The notes: generated by a model not told the origin, from the sequence alone. A stretch of DNA of 64,000 bases from Eledone cirrhosa (GCA_964016885.1 OZ024756.1:28768001-28832000); one strand, 5' to 3'; positions 27,091 through 41,722 are shown, counted from the first letter of the stretch. Numbers and translations are program-made.

Positions 27091-27310
27091 GACGGTGGAT
27101 TGGCAGTATCGGTAGAGGGTCGGTCGCCATGCTTTGCAGCACAGAGTTACGGCCCTTTATGATCTGAGTTCAAATCCCGCCGAGGTTAACTTTGTCTTTC
27201 ATCCTTACGGGGGTCGATAAAATAAAGTACCAGTAACGTACTGGAGTCGATTTAATCGCCTTTCCCCCTCCACCAAAATTGCTGGCCTTGTGCCTATACA
27301 AGAAACCATT
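27091..27310 (+). mobile_element. tRNA-head SINE with Meta-like core (about 20 copies or fragments, e.g. 13825-14180, 40815-41035, 49222-49412, 51515-51720-, 57225-57440, 59308-59497)
   Basis: A-box TGGCAGTATCGG, B-box GAGTTCAAATCC, core ctttcatccttacgggg(g)tcgataaaataaagtaccag. Confidence 0.8.
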
Positions 27311-27565
27311 TTAGCAACACAAGGTCAGAAGTATTTATCAATGATAATGTTTCTACTCTCGGTACAAGTTCAATAATTACCACCAATGCATTACTGGTAC
27401 TTTATTTTAACGACCCCCGTAAGGATGAAAGTCAAAGTTAACCTAGCGGCATTTGAACTCAGGACGTAAAGGGCCATAACTCCTATGCTGCAAAGCATGG
27501 TGTCTGACGCTCTAATAATAACAATTAGAAGATTGATTTCTTTCGATGGAGAATGAATGAGCAAA

Positions 27566-27600
<35 letters not shown>

Positions 27601-28029
27601 TCTAACATATTTACATTATTTGGTGCTTTGCAGCAAAGAGTTACGGCCCTTTATGGTCTGAGTTCAAAACCCGCCGAGGTTAACTTTGCCTTTCATCCTT
27701 ACGGGGGTCGATAAAATAAAGTACCAGTAATACACTGGGATAATTGCTGGCCTTGTGCCAAAAGTAGAAACAATTATTTGGTGGGTGCGGTTTTTATGTC
27801 GGAAATAAGGGAAATATTTGTGAGTCTCTTTCTCTCTTTTTCTCTTTCACCCCCTCTCTCTCTCTCCGTTTCTCTCTCTCTTCCCACTCTCTCTCCCTCC
27901 CTCTCTCTCTCTCTCTCTTTCTCTCTCCCTCATGCTCACTTTCCCTTTCTCACCACCTACACAAACACATACATGCATATACAAATATATGCATAGATAA
28001 AGATATAAATACACACACAGACATATATA

Positions 28030-28200
28030 CAGTGAAATTCCGTTATAACGAAATCCACGGGGTATAAAAATTTCGTTGTAACGAAAAATTCTTTATAATG
28101 AGATCGACCTAACACATCGAGCGTGTGACGGGGATTGAAAATAAATTTGTTATATTGAAAAATTCGTTATAATGGTATTCGTTATAACGGAATTTTTCTG
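28030..28200. mobile_element. Tc1/pogo-type MITE (second copy 56933-57106)
   Basis: TIRs CAGTGAAATTCCGTTATAACGAA / TTCGTTATAACGGAATTTTTCTG, flanked by TA. Confidence 0.8.
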
Positions 28201-28444
28201 TATATGTATATATATATGTAATTATCGATTGTCGATCGTCTTTCATCAAATCGGACGGAGGAAACTGTTTCTATTGGTCTTTCCAATTGCTAATACTATC
28301 TGTCGCAACACCAGGTAGAAGGAACAACGTGAAATAAAGAGTCTTGCTCAAGGACATAACGCATCGCCCAGGAATCGAACTCACAACCTCACGATTACGA
28401 ATTCAATTATCTAACAACTCAGCCACGCGCCTTCACCACACACG

Positions 28445-28545
<101 letters not shown>

Positions 28546-28705
28546 ACACACACACGCACGCACACACACACACACACACACGCACGCACACACACACACA
28601 CACGCACACGCACACGCACACGCACACGCACACACACACACACACACACAAATATATACACATAAGGTCACACCCATAGAAACACACATATAGAGGCAGA
28701 CAGAC

Positions 28706-28748
<43 letters not shown>

Positions 28749-29103
28749 TACATACACCCTCACATACACACACATATATTGTAATAATCAATTTTCATTA
28801 TCCCAGAGGGCAAATAAGAAAATTACTGATAATTATTAGCATTATTGTTATTGTTGTTGTTGACGTTGCTGCTGCTGCTGCTGTTGTTGTTGTTGTTGTT
28901 GCTGCTGCTGCTGTTGCTGCTGCTGTTGTTGTTGTTGTTAGTGCTGAATAGCCGACAATGATTGGCTCCTTGTTGCATTTATAGCAATACGAATAGCCAA
29001 ATCTGTAGTAATTAATACATACAGAGAGACAGAGAGACAGACTCATACACACAGACACAGGCACTCACGCACAGACACAGGCACACACACACACACACAC
29101 ATA

Positions 29104-29995
29104 GCAGATCTCCAGTAGATCCCCAGTTGATATCCAGCAGATCTCCAGCAGATCTCCAGTAGATCTCCACTAGATCTCCAGTAGATCTCCAGTAGATCTC
29201 CAGCAGATCTCCATTAGATCTCCAGTAGATATCCAGTAGATCTCCACTAGATCTCCAGTAGATTTCCAGTAGATCTCCAGTAGATCTCCAGTAGATCCCC
29301 AGTAGATCTCCAGTAGATCTCCAGCAGATCTCCAGTAGATTTCCAGTAGATCCCCAGTAGATCTCCAGTAGATCTCCAGTAGATCTCCACTAGATCTCCA
29401 GTAGATCTCCAGTAGATCTCCAGCAGATCTCCATTAGATCTCCAGTAGATCTCCAGCAGATCTCCATTAGATCTCCAGTAGATTTCCAGTAGATATCCAG
29501 TAGATCTCCAGTAGATCTCCAGCAGATCTCCATTAGATCTCCAGTAGATTTCCAGTAGATATCCAGTAGATCTTCAGCAGATCTCCAGTAGATATCCAGT
29601 AGATATCCAGTAGATCTCCAGTATATCGCCAGTAGATATCCAGTAGATTTCCAGTAGATCTCCAGTAGATCTCCAGTAGATATCCAGCAGATCTCCATTA
29701 GATCTCCAGTAGATTTCCAGTAGATATCCAGTATATCTCCAGCAGATCTCCAGTATATCGCCAGTAGATATCCAGTAGATATCCAGTAGATCTCCAGTAT
29801 ATCGCCAGTAGATATCCAGCAGATCTCCAGTAGATCTCCAGTAGATATCCTACAGATCTGCAGTAGATCTCCAGTTGATCTGTAGTAGATTTCCAGTAGA
29901 TCTCCAGTAGATCTCCAGTAGATATCCAGTAGATATCCAGCAGATCCCAAGTAGATATCCAGTAGATCTCCAGTAGATTTCCAGTAGATCTCCAG
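29104..29995. repeat. 11-bp satellite
   Basis: Unit ccagtagatct. Confidence 0.95.
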
Positions 29996-31022
29996 TTATT
30001 TCTATTCATTCGACAGCACCAGATTGTGTCTTCATTTGGAAGCAAACCTTCTTTCCTTCTTCCTCTTTCTACCCCCCCCCCCCTACTCCTCACGTTTACA
30101 TGTATACCTAATATTTTTCACGTATACCTAATATTGCTGTTAGAACTTAGTAGTAATACGCGTGGAACTACTTTACACGCGCATGCGAGTTGTGTCTAGT
30201 ATCACTGGAGTAGTAAGTGAAGGCACGTGGCTTAATGGCTAGAGAGTTGGATTCGCAATCGTGAGGCTGCAAGTTCAATTCTCGGACTGTGTGATTTGTT
30301 GTGTCCTTGAGCAAGACATTTATTTATTTCACGTTGATCTCTCTCTGCCAGGAGTTGCAACCAGTAGTTAGTATCAGCAATTGAAAGACCAATGAAAACA
30401 TTAGTTCCCTTGGTCTGATTTAACGAGGCCCATCCCACTCGGCAAGCAAATGAGGTCTGGGATCTTGTCGATCGATCAGAGCAAGTGAGCAAATAGAGCC
30501 AGCAATACACTCCTCCCCACTTTCGCCCGACTAATCTGTCAATCATAATATAATAAAGGGAGGAGTGCGGGACTGTGTCCTGAATATATTTTTTTAGCCC
30601 GATTGTAAAATAAGTTGGATTACTTTGAATAAATAATGAATGAATATTACACAATTCATGAACTAAATTTCGTAGCTTTTGATTAAACATAAATATTCTT
30701 ATATATAATGATTGCTTATTTTAAGATTCACTTCTTTTAAAATTTTCAAATATCAATACAACGTAATACAGTTTCTATATAATATCGTCTTTTTTAAATG
30801 TATCATGGATTACTTTACTGATTACGGAAGACAGTGTAACACAGTCTCTCTTGAATTTCAGTGTATATTGTCAATTACGATCTATTTGACGTATCATATC
30901 TAAATGCTTATATATTTGCGTCTACTATCAATATGCACACTACACATGCTAGCAGAAAACCACCCGAAGGGTACATTTGAATATGTACATTTGCTAGTAC
31001 AATTAAATATCGTTCTTCCTAG

Positions 31023-31030
31023 TATAAATA
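31023..31030 (+). promoter_or_regulatory. Candidate TATA box for the lipoxygenase
   Basis: TATAAATA in unique sequence upstream of the candidate UTR exon. Weak evidence in AT-rich DNA. Confidence 0.2.
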
Positions 31031-31220
31031 ACGTATTACATACAATTGTTTCAATCATAACATGATATTAAAGAAGAGTGTTGAGCTGGGAGATGTATTA
31101 AGTCTCCTACTCAAACGTTCTTAACTGAAATATCGTCTTTCTTTCCTCAGATCTTTTATCTACTACTCTAGGGTCTTGAACAATCATCTCCCCAACCCCA
31201 CCCGCTTATTATTATTTCAG

Positions 31221-31281
31221 ATTGTTTCCAAACCTTGTTCTTATTCCACCCCACCTTATAAATTTTGCTAATCTATATCCG
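31221..31281 (+). other. Possible 5'UTR exon of the lipoxygenase
   Basis: tatttcag acceptor and ccg|gtgaga donor in non-repetitive sequence. The ATG exon has its own acceptor, so an upstream exon is expected. Confidence 0.35.
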
Positions 31282-32060
31282 GTGAGATTTCATTTTAAAT
31301 GCTATTGTTGTTGTTGCTACAGCTGCTGCTGTTGTTGTTGTTTCCGCCGCTGCTGTTGCTGTTGCTATTGTTGTTGTTACTGCTGTTGTTGCTGTTGCTG
31401 TTGTTGTTGCTGTTGCTATTGTTGTTGTTGCTGCTGTTGTTGCAAGGTCTTCAGTTACTGCTGTTGTTATTGTTGCCGTTGCTGTTGTTGTTGCAACAGC
31501 TGCTGCTGCTGTTGTTGCTGTAGTTACGACGGGCTTCTGCAGATTAGTACTATTGTTACTGCGATGGACTGGCGTCTTGTCCAGGGGAATTCTTGTACTC
31601 TCAGTGGCTTCATGCCACGGAAATCTGGATAAACACTGGCCTGTTGAGCCACCAGGCTCGAGATAGACTTTAATTCTGCGATGGTTTGGCGTCCTGTCCA
31701 GGAGGAGTCTTGTACTCTCAGTCGCTTCACGCCACAGGAATTGGGATAAACACCAGCTTGGTGAGCCTCCAGGCTCGTGACAGACTTTAACCTCATGGTG
31801 GAGTGGTGTCCAGTCAAGATGTCTGGCTATGCCTACTTGTAACTCAGATGTGAATTACAAGTCGGCATAGCCACACATTTCGCCATCTCTCTTAACTTTT
31901 GTTAATCCTGAAACTTGTGAAACCGGTAAAGTTACAAGTTATTGTAAATAAAGACTCGAACTGCATTTTCAACTTCTTTTTCCTATATAAATGCCATGAA
32001 AGCAGTTTATCAAACGCTTTAATAATTCTGCCAAGCCCCCCCCCCCTCCTCCTCCTCCTC

Positions 32061-32108
<48 letters not shown>

Positions 32109-32260
32109 ATAATAATAATAATGCTTTCTTTATTAACCACAAGGGTTGACACAAAGTATAACATTAAGGACAACACAGGACAATACAAATGGGCATTTCT
32201 GCATGTAAAAAAAACAAAAAACAACAGAGTATGTGACAAAACAAAAAAGAAAACAATAAC

Positions 32261-32302
<42 letters not shown>

Positions 32303-32336
32303 TGAAATTACTTATTTTCCAGTTGGTGTCTACAAG

Positions 32337-32825
32337 ATGGGGAACACCGTAAGGCGATATCTGAACTCTGACTTTCTCGTATTTGTCAGAACCGGTGATC
32401 GAAAACATGCTTCGACCGATGCTAACGTGAAAATCATTTTGGTCAACGAAGAAGGAGAGAAATCACATGAGATCGTCTTGGATAATTTATTACGAGATGA
32501 CTTCAAGACAGGAGCCAGCGATACGTTTTCCGTGCGGGACTTGAAAGATTTCGGCCGAGTGGAAAAAATCGAATTCTGGCGAGACAACGCTGGTGTCTCG
32601 CCAGACTGGTATGTGGAAAAGATCATGGTGGAAAATGTTAAAACCAACGAAATGAGTGTTTTCCCCGTGTTTAGATGGATCAAAGCTAATTACCACTATA
32701 TGATTTGCCACTTAGATACTGTTTTACCACAAGACGACAAACAAGTAGAACAGAGAAAAATGGAACTAGAAGACAAACGGAAAATTTACATTGCCGCTCA
32801 GAAAGGTCCCGGATTACCAATGATG
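32337..32825 (+). CDS. Lipoxygenase, first coding exon (PLAT/LH2 domain and linker)
   Basis: Acceptor ttttccag ending at 32322, then aagATGG. MGNTVRR...VRTGDRKHASTDANV...DDFKTG...PDWYVEKI...FPVFRWI...EQRKMELEDKRKIY fits a PLAT domain of the animal LOX type. Donor ATG|gtaagt, phase 0. Confidence 0.9.
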
Positions 32826-33250
32826 GTAAGTTTTCTGTTTTATTAAATTAGGGTTTATCAAGGGCATTGGGGTTGCAGAATCGTTAGAGGTTCGGATAAA
32901 ATGTTGTGCGGTATTTATTCACACATTCTTTACATTCTGAATTCAAATTACGCTGAGGTCAACTTTGCCTTTCATCCGACATGAGTCTCCGGGCTTCAGA
33001 CAGACTTTAGACCTTTTTTATAGTAGACTGGAGCGACGGGAAATAAAGTTTCTTGCTCAAGGACACAAGGTGTTCTCAGGCATCAAACTTATGAGTTTAC
33101 GATTATGGGCTGAACATTCTAATCATTAAGATATCCACCTTTGCTGACATTTTAGCCTCTCACAGAAGGGTACGTACACGTAAGAGGAGTTTACCTTTGG
33201 TGACATAGATACACATACACATACATATATACAAACACGCACGCACACAT

Positions 33251-33296
<46 letters not shown>

Positions 33297-33384
33297 CGTG
33301 TGTGTGTGCGTGTGTGTGTGCGTCGGGATTTTACACACACAAACGTGTGTGTGTGTGTAAAATCCCGACCGCGCCTATTGACCT

Positions 33385-33714
33385 CCAAGAAGTCCCCTTA
33401 TTTAGCTGGCGTTTCTTCTATACCTAGCATAACTATGAACCATAGCACACCTATGGACCACCACAAGGTCCTCCTATTTAGCTGATGTAGCTGCTATTTC
33501 TAGCAGAATTATGGACCACCATGAAGTTCATCCAGCTTAGCTGACGTAGCTGCTATCATAGTACACCTATGAACCATCACAAAGTCCACCTAGTTTAGCT
33601 TGCGTAGCCGCTATTTCTAGCACACTTACGGACCACCAAAAAGCCCTCCTATTTAGCTGATGTAGCTGCTATTTCTAGCACACATACGGACCACCACAAG
33701 ATCCTCCTATTTAG
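33385..33714. repeat. ~59-bp degenerate tandem repeat
   Basis: Recurring ggaccaccacaag..ctcctatttagctgatgtagctgctatttctagcac. Confidence 0.8.
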
Positions 33715-34072
33715 TAAAGTTTATTTTCAAAGCAATGAAAACCTTTGTTCATCTTATCACATCAACAGTTTGTAGTGATATGTTACCTAACCAATATTTA
33801 GTTTTGAATCAATAGAAATAGTGTCCTTCTTTTCTTCTCTTTCCCTTTTACACTCTCTTCAGCTTATGTTGAAATAATAAAATAAAAAACAGCGGCTTGT
33901 GTGTGTGTGTATGTGTGTGTGTGTGTATGTGTATGTGTGTATGTGTGTGTGTGTGCATATATGTATATGTATATATATATATATACACACATATATATAT
34001 ATGCATGTATATATGCATGTATACATGCATGTATATATATATATACATATGTATACATGTATATATGTATGC

Positions 34073-34111
<39 letters not shown>

Positions 34112-34169
34112 TACATACATACATGCATACATATATACATATGTACACATATGTATATATGTACGCATG

Positions 34170-34261
<92 letters not shown>

Positions 34262-34456
34262 AATATATGAATATATACGTAGATATGTATGTTTGTACAA
34301 CTGTATATATGCAAGAGGCCGTTAAGTGTTTTACTTTAAACTAGACACCCTGTCAATTTGTTCGACTCACCTCACCTCACCCAGTCTAGTTCTGCCACAA
34401 TTTTAACATAATCTGTTTACCATTCTAGGCACCAAACAAACACATTACTGACTTTT

Positions 34457-35752
34457 AAACATAGTTATAAGATAGCAAAGTATTTATACTATAACAAACA
34501 TAGTTATAAGATAGCAAAGTATTTATACTATAACAAACATAGTTATAAGATAGCAAAGTATTTATACTATAACAAACATAGTTATAAGATAGCAAAGTAT
34601 TTATACTATAACAAACATAGTTATAAGATAGCAAAGCATTTATACTATAACAAACATAGTTATAAGATAGCAAAGCATTTATACTATAACAAACATAGTT
34701 ATAAGATAGCAAAGTATTTATACTATAACAAACATAGTTATAAGATAGCAAAGTATTTATACTATAACAAACATAGTTATAAAATAGCAAAGTATTTATA
34801 CTATAACAAACATAGTTATAAGATAGCAAAGCATTTATACTATAACAAACATAGTTATAAGATAGCAAAGCATTTATACTATAGCAAACATAGTTATAAG
34901 ATAGCAAAGTATTTATACTATAACAAACATAGTTATAAGATAGCAAAGCATTTATACTATAACAAACATAGTTATAAGATAGCAAAGCATTTATACTATA
35001 ACAAACATAGTTATAAGATAGCAAAGCATTTATACTATAACAAACATAGTTATAAGATAGCAAAGTATTTATACTATAACAAACATAGTTATAAGATAGC
35101 AAAGTATTTATACTATAGCAAACATAGTTATAAGATAGCAAAGTAGTTATACTATAGCAAACATAGTTATAAGATAGCAATTTGTTATACTATAGCAAAC
35201 ATAGTTATAAGATAGCAAAGTATTTATACTATAACAAACATAGTTATAAGATAGCAAAGTAGTTATACTATAGCAAACATAGTTATAAGATAGCAAAGTA
35301 GTTATACTATAGCAAACATAGTTATAAGATAGCAATTTGTTATACTATAGCAACATAGTTATAAGCTAGCAAACATGGTTATAAGATATCTTTCTTTAGA
35401 TAGCAATGTAGTTATAATATAGCAAATATAATTATAAGATAGCAAACATAGTTATAAGATAGCAAACATAGTTATACTATAGCAAACATAGTTATAAGAT
35501 AGCAAACATAGTTATACTATAGCAAACATAGTTATAAGACAGCAAACATAGTTATACTATAGCAAACATAGTTGTAAGATAGTAATATTGTTATACTATA
35601 GCAACATAGTTATAAGACAGCAAACATAGTTATACTATAGCAAACATAGTTGTAAGATAGTAATATTGTTATACTATAGCAAATATAGTTATAAGATAGC
35701 AAACATAGTTGTAAGATAGTAATATTGTTATACTATAGTAACATAGTTGTAA
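34457..35752. repeat. 39-bp minisatellite (dimer of ~20-bp subunits)
   Basis: Unit aaacatagttataagatagcaaagtatttatactataac, decaying to 20-bp monomers at the 3' side. Confidence 0.95.
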
Positions 35753-35976
35753 CTTCATACACTATGAAGAAGTGTAAAATGTGTGAAAACATATGTAGAT
35801 ATGAGTGTCTGTATGTGTGTATATACACGTATGTATGTATGCACGTATGTATGTATGTATGTATGTATGTATGTATGTATGTATGCACGTATGTATGTAT
35901 GGATCCATGTATGTATGTATGTATGTATGTATGTATGTATGTATGTATGTATGTATGTATGTATGTATGTATGTAT

Positions 35977-36587
35977 GTCAGGTCACCAGTTGGTGCTACT
36001 GGTAACATGTATCCCAGTACAACCTGTCTCATGGTCGGGTCGTTGGCGACTAAACTGGCAACCCCACCAAGGTTTCTTGGTGAGGAGGGTGACTTTGGAC
36101 ATCCTGCAGGACTAAAAACAAAACCTGTCAAAGGGCAAAGGGGCTCTTAAGAGTCAATAGCCATCCAAAATCACCGGGAGAGATGACCCCTTAGCCTTTG
36201 TCAAGGCAGAATTCTAGGAGAAGGAAAACTCTGATATAACACCTGCAACCCTGATGGTATCCAATGATGTTGACTTGTTCTTCTTTTTGGTAAATATCAT
36301 CTTGGTTAAGGGAGTGGGACTGGCTTTGTGCAGTGTCTTTGCTCACTATAAAAGCTTCACGGCACAGGCATTGCTTTATATCTGGAGATCTCTCTGCACT
36401 TGTCGTCACATGGTACCATGGGCCCAGCACTATGTGTCAATAATTGTCACAAGTGTAGTGTTTGTACCAGAGTTTTCAAGTCGCTGGCTGGACTAAAAAG
36501 TCACACTCGTTCAGCGCATTGGTAGGGGTTCTCCTACATGGATATAAAGTAGTGGCCGTACTCGAAAACGAGTTGGCAGCCACCACC
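35977..36587 (+). mobile_element. Non-autonomous bipartite RTE-derived element (near-identical copy at 43087-43678; 5' fragment at 38712-38890)
   Basis: RTE-type 5'UTR motif ctaggagaaggaaaactctga; the 3' end encodes CSVCTRVFKSLAGLKSHTRSAHW-stop; (ATGT)n on both sides. Confidence 0.65.
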
Positions 36588-36605
36588 ATGTATGTATGTA
36601 TGTAT

Positions 36606-38658
36606 GAATATAATTTCACAAAGTTTTACCAATAGAGAGAGAGAGTCGGTTTCTAACATAGACACAAGACTCTCTCATTGGAATTTACACAATATCAACT
36701 AGGTATGTATGTATGTATGCATGCATGTGTAGATATGGATGTTATTGTATGTGTGGATGTGTATGTTTTGAGTTGTATGTGCGCATGTGTATATGCTTTG
36801 TATCTGTACATGTGTATATGCAGTTATTAGATGCAACATTTTTGGAATGTTTTACATATTTTTACTGTTCCATTAATGGATTGTACTTGTAATTTCCTAA
36901 CTATTTGTGTTCTTTCTGTTCATGTGAAGCCCAGCTTCTCAAGATTTGTATTGAGGCAGTTACTAACATATTCCAGTGCCCCAATAATAACAGGCATAAA
37001 TCTGAAGGTGTAATCAGGATGGAGTATCTGCAGATTTCTCATGAGTTCTGCATAAATATTCTCCTTTTCACTAATCTTTGATATTATATTGGCATCTACT
37101 GGGCAGCTAATTTCCACCACTGTGCATGTTTTCTTCTCCCTGTCCCATATCATAATATCTGGTCTGTTATGTCTGCATTTTATTGGGATTTTTACTGGAA
37201 CATTCCACCAGTACTCTTTCATATTATGTACATGGATGTCTTCCACATTGTTGTAGCTTTTAATGTGTTTATTATCGGGGCTATCTTTTTTACGAATTGC
37301 ATTGTACAGTGTTTTGGCCACTACATCATGCCTCATAGGTAGATAGTACCGCGATGACATCTTTGGATAGCTGCTGATGACATGGGTGATATCCTCGATG
37401 TTAGTTCTGCAGAGTCTGCACTTGTTATCACATCTAGGTGTTTTGCCTGCATCCCTATCTCTTTTGTGAATCAGGTATTTCGTGCTAATCTCCTGTTCCT
37501 GGATTGCAAAAGCGTATCCTTCAAAAGCGTATCCAATATAGCGGTTGTTGGTCCAAGATAGACTACTTTCCTTATCTATATTACTCTCACTCTGGAGCTT
37601 CCTGGCAACATATCCATGCATGATTTTTTGCTGATAGGCATGCAGTTTTTTATCCATGGATTCACTGCGATACTGCTGAGTGACTTCCCTGGGTGTGAGT
37701 ATTTTGATTATCACACAGGGAAAATCTCTCAAGGAGTTCCTTCCCAACTCTCATGATCTTATCTGTTTCATGCAGATAGACTTGCTCGAGAAACGGGATC
37801 CTACGCTTCGAGGTACGTCGGAGGGATATGTTGTCGGAGGGATATGATACGACATTCAAATGTTGTCTGGACTGATGTTAGGCCTCTGCCTCCCTGCTTA
37901 CGTTTCAAGTAAAGGCGGTCTATGTCACTGTTGATGTGGAAGTTTCCGGTGTTGTTCAGTATTTTTCGAGTTCCAACATCAACTGCTCAGATTTCGTCTA
38001 TCGTCCAATTGAGTATTCCAAACGTTGGTGTTAGGACAGGCACAGCAAACACATTGTGAGTCACTGTTTTGTTGTGCGCAGAGAGTTCCGATGACCATAT
38101 TTTTCTTAATCGGGTGTAGTATTCCCTGGTTACGCGTTCTTTATTACAGATACCATTATAGGATATGTTCTCATCTATCCCCAGGTATCTGCAGCAGTCC
38201 TCATCAGATATCGGTGAAACAGTTAGGCCATTGATGACAATGTTGTTAGATTGGGTTGTTGTTTTTCCCCGCTTTACAGTCATGTATGAGCATTTATCTT
38301 GGCCAAACTCCATTCCTATATCCTTTGAGAACGTTGTAACCAGGTCAAGATTTTTCTTCATCCCATCCATGTTCTTGGCATAGAGTTTCAGATCGTTCAC
38401 AAAGAAATTATGGGTTAGGTTCGTATTTCTGTCCTCCTGTGAGCCAATGATGTATCCCTCACATTTCTGGAGCAGAAAGGACAAGGGGTTTAATGACAAG
38501 ATGAATAATATCACAGAGAGACTGTCCCCCTGAAATATACCCCTGCAATATTTTATTTTATCAGTGAAAATAGAGTCCTCCCTCTCTGGATAGTAGCCCA
38601 AGAAGAAGACAGCCTCTCTATGGCTCTGACAATAAAATCTGGGACTTTAGCAAGTTGG
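36606..38658 (-). mobile_element. 5'-truncated, decayed RLE-type non-LTR retrotransposon (R4/Dong-like)
   Basis: RT motifs RGIFQGDSLS and FFVNDLKLY, knuckle CRLC...EDITHV, RHD and PDI...VVEISCP...K endonuclease motifs. Frameshifts and a premature TGA at 36920; probable original stop at 36827-36829. Confidence 0.9.
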
Positions 38659-38905
38659 TGTATGTATGTATATATGTATATGTATGTATATATATGTATG
38701 TATGGATGTATGTCAGGTCGGTCTGGAGTGCTACTGGTAACATGTAACCCAGTACAACCTGTTGCATGGTCGGGTCGTCGGCGACCAAGTTTACTTGGTG
38801 AGGAGGGTGATTTTGGAGCCCCTGCAGGACAAAAAACAAAACCTGACAAAGGGCGGAAGAACTCATAAGAGTCAACGGCCATCCAAAAATATGTAAATGT
38901 ATGCA

Positions 38906-38945
<40 letters not shown>

Positions 38946-40374
38946 AGAATATTTTGGAAACAGCGAGTGGGTTTGAAATTATTAGAAATGTAAGCTATCG
39001 CCGTATTTTGACTAAAGAAATGAAAGAAATTATTTAGCCTGATAGTGGGGTTAAGAGCCCTCGGAGAAATGGAAAAAGATGAGTATTATAATATGTATGT
39101 ATATACATGTATACATGTGTATGTATATGCGCGGCGACATAGAAATAGTCGGGCTGGATACCCACTGGGAGTGAAGGACCCCTAGCCTTTGTCAGGGCAT
39201 TCTTCAAGGAGAAGGCAACTCGGGAAACTGATTATCTTACACTGATTGTCTACCGATTAATCTGTGCAACCATAATATTTGTGTATGTATGTATGTGTGT
39301 GTGTGTGTGTATGTATGAGTGTGTGTGTGTGTATGTGTGTGTGTGTATGTGTGCATGAATGCATATGTTTGTATGTTCCTTTATAAGATTTGCCTGTCCA
39401 ATTACAAGCACAATTACATTGTAGAGTGAATAGTTGTAAACTTCATCCTCATTCAGAATGGTGACATAAATGTCGTCTAGGTCAGCCTGGTACATTAAAA
39501 ACAAACAAACCCCACCATTCCACATCTTGTACCCAATGGCAATATTCATCCCAAATTGCCGTTTACAAAAATAAACAATTTTTTAATTCTCTAATTCTTA
39601 TGTCATTTACAGTAAATATTTACCATTGTAGAAGAACATAATGAATGCTAAATATATCAAGTTACTAAATATATCTAGCTGATAAATGTATCAAGTTTGG
39701 AATCAGTACATCGTATCCTTTCGTCTTGTAAGAGGTGACTAAAAGGGTTGGTGCCAGGAATGACAATCTGCTCGTATAACATTGCTTGAAAAAGGACCCC
39801 ATAATGAGTATGAAGCTTTCCAGATGATCCACAAGACAAATCTCTGCTGTAAGGAGGGGACAAATTGTCTTTAAAAGCTTCTTGTTTAGGATGGAGCCAT
39901 AATCTTTATTTGCATCCGGTTTACAGTAGGTGCACCGTATCCCTGTTCGTCGTAAAAGGTGACTAGGAAAGGAATATGACTGTAAAATATTGCTTCAAAA
40001 AGAACCCCGTGACGGCCATAAAGCTTGTCGAGGGTTCTGTAGGGCTAACTCCTGTTTTATCAGGGAAGAAATTACATGAAGCACCGTATCCCTTCGTGTT
40101 GTAAGATGTGAATAAAAAGGTTGACGCCAGGAATGGCAATCTGGACTCCATAATGAGCATGAAGCCTTCCATGGGATCCACAAGACAAATTTCCGCTGTA
40201 GCAGGGGATAAATTACCTTAAAAAAGGTTCTTGCTAAATCTTTATTTAAATCCGGTTTACAGTAGGTACACCGTATCCATGTTCGTCGTAAAAGGTGACT
40301 AAAAGGGTTGGTGTTAGGAAAGGAATGTGACTGTAAAATATTTCAGAAGATCCTGTTAAGGGTGAAAGCAGCGA

Positions 40375-40449
<75 letters not shown>

Positions 40450-40454
<5 letters not shown>

Positions 40455-40595
40455 TCGTGTACAGATATTTTTGCATACACAATAACAAAATATAAACAAA
40501 CGTATTTATTTTACGAGGCTCGATAAGGATAAATATATATCAAATATATAAGAACCTTAGAGCAAATCCCGAGCAACGCCGGGTCATTCTGCTAG
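40450..40595 (+). mobile_element. Probable Helitron 3' end
   Basis: Hairpin CCCGagcaacgcCGGG (40568-40583), 8 nt upstream of CTAG|T. Confidence 0.55.
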
Positions 40596-41722
40596 TATGC
40601 GACTAAAGGAGTTAACACAAAGAAGAGCTTCTGATAGTAAAACACTGCTTCAAAAGGGAGACCATAATGACCATCATAAGTGTATGACTCCTATCATTAT
40701 TGGGGTGCAGACGTTCATAATTTTCCGACAAAGATTTTTAATAAAGTACCAGTAATGCACTGGGTAATTGCTGGCCGTGTGCCTAACGTAGAAACAATTA
40801 TTATGTCATCTTTAAGGCGGTGGATTGGCAGTATCGGTAGAGGGTCAGACGCTATGCTTTGCAGCATAGAGTTATGGCCCTTTACGTTCTGTGTTCAAAT
40901 CCCGCCGAGGTTAACTTTGCCTTTCATCCTTACGGGGGTGGATAAAATAAAGTATCAGTAATGTACTGAGGTCGATTTAATCGACTATCCCTACCTCTTC
41001 AAATTGCTGGTCTTGTGCCTAAAGTAAAAACAATTATTACAACATCTTTAATCATTATTGTATTTTACATATTTTATTAAGTGTTGTATAATTAAAATAA
41101 ACGAGCAAATTATGCAATATTTTTTGAAAATTTAAACATTTTCCGATTCCGACAAAACCAAATTTTCCGACAACAATTTTTTGGGGAAGAGTGCAGTTGC
41201 ACCCAGGAATACGCCACTGATAACCATGAATACTTTCATGGAGCCCGCAAAGCTAACCCCTAATCTAGCAAGAGAAACTGGCTTCAAAACCCTTGCTGTG
41301 CAAATACAGCTTGCAAGAAGTAGGATAACACAATAGAAGTAATATATCATTTACAATTGTCACCTGTTACAATAAGCTCACAGCTGCTATGAAAAACCTA
41401 ATACATAATTTATATGGTGTTCGTTTAAAGATGGCGGTTGAGAATTCTAATAGAATACCAGATTGAAATATAATCCTACATTATTTCTTTAGTAGAATAT
41501 TTATACTAAAGCTTTATGTATTGGTTTTCAATGCATAAACGTTTGAGGAAAAGACGGTACACGGGAGACATCTTGTGTATGTATGTGTGTTTTTATGTAT
41601 GTATGTATCTATAGACTACTCAGGAAACTGGGATAACTTCGACATAAAACCTGCGGCTCAGTAGTTACCGATGATGTTGATCTTTTCTTCTTTTCGGATG
41701 AAAGGCAAAGTTAACCTCAGCA

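Noticed and set aside
27091-27185. tRNA genes
   Set aside because: The A/B boxes belong to SINE heads and continue into SINE core and tail; no complete cloverleaf is evident.
31222-31632. Cys-rich metallothionein/keratin-like ORF
   Set aside because: A (TGT/TGC)n microsatellite running into a SINE fragment.
31899-32336. N-terminal 146 aa of the 315-aa ORF (poly-L/poly-I, signal-like)
   Set aside because: These are trinucleotide repeats upstream of the splice acceptor at 32322, so intronic; the likely start is the ATG at 32337.
39250-39549. Antisense 99-aa ORF as a nested gene
   Set aside because: No recognisable motif, it ends in a microsatellite, and no partner exons were found.
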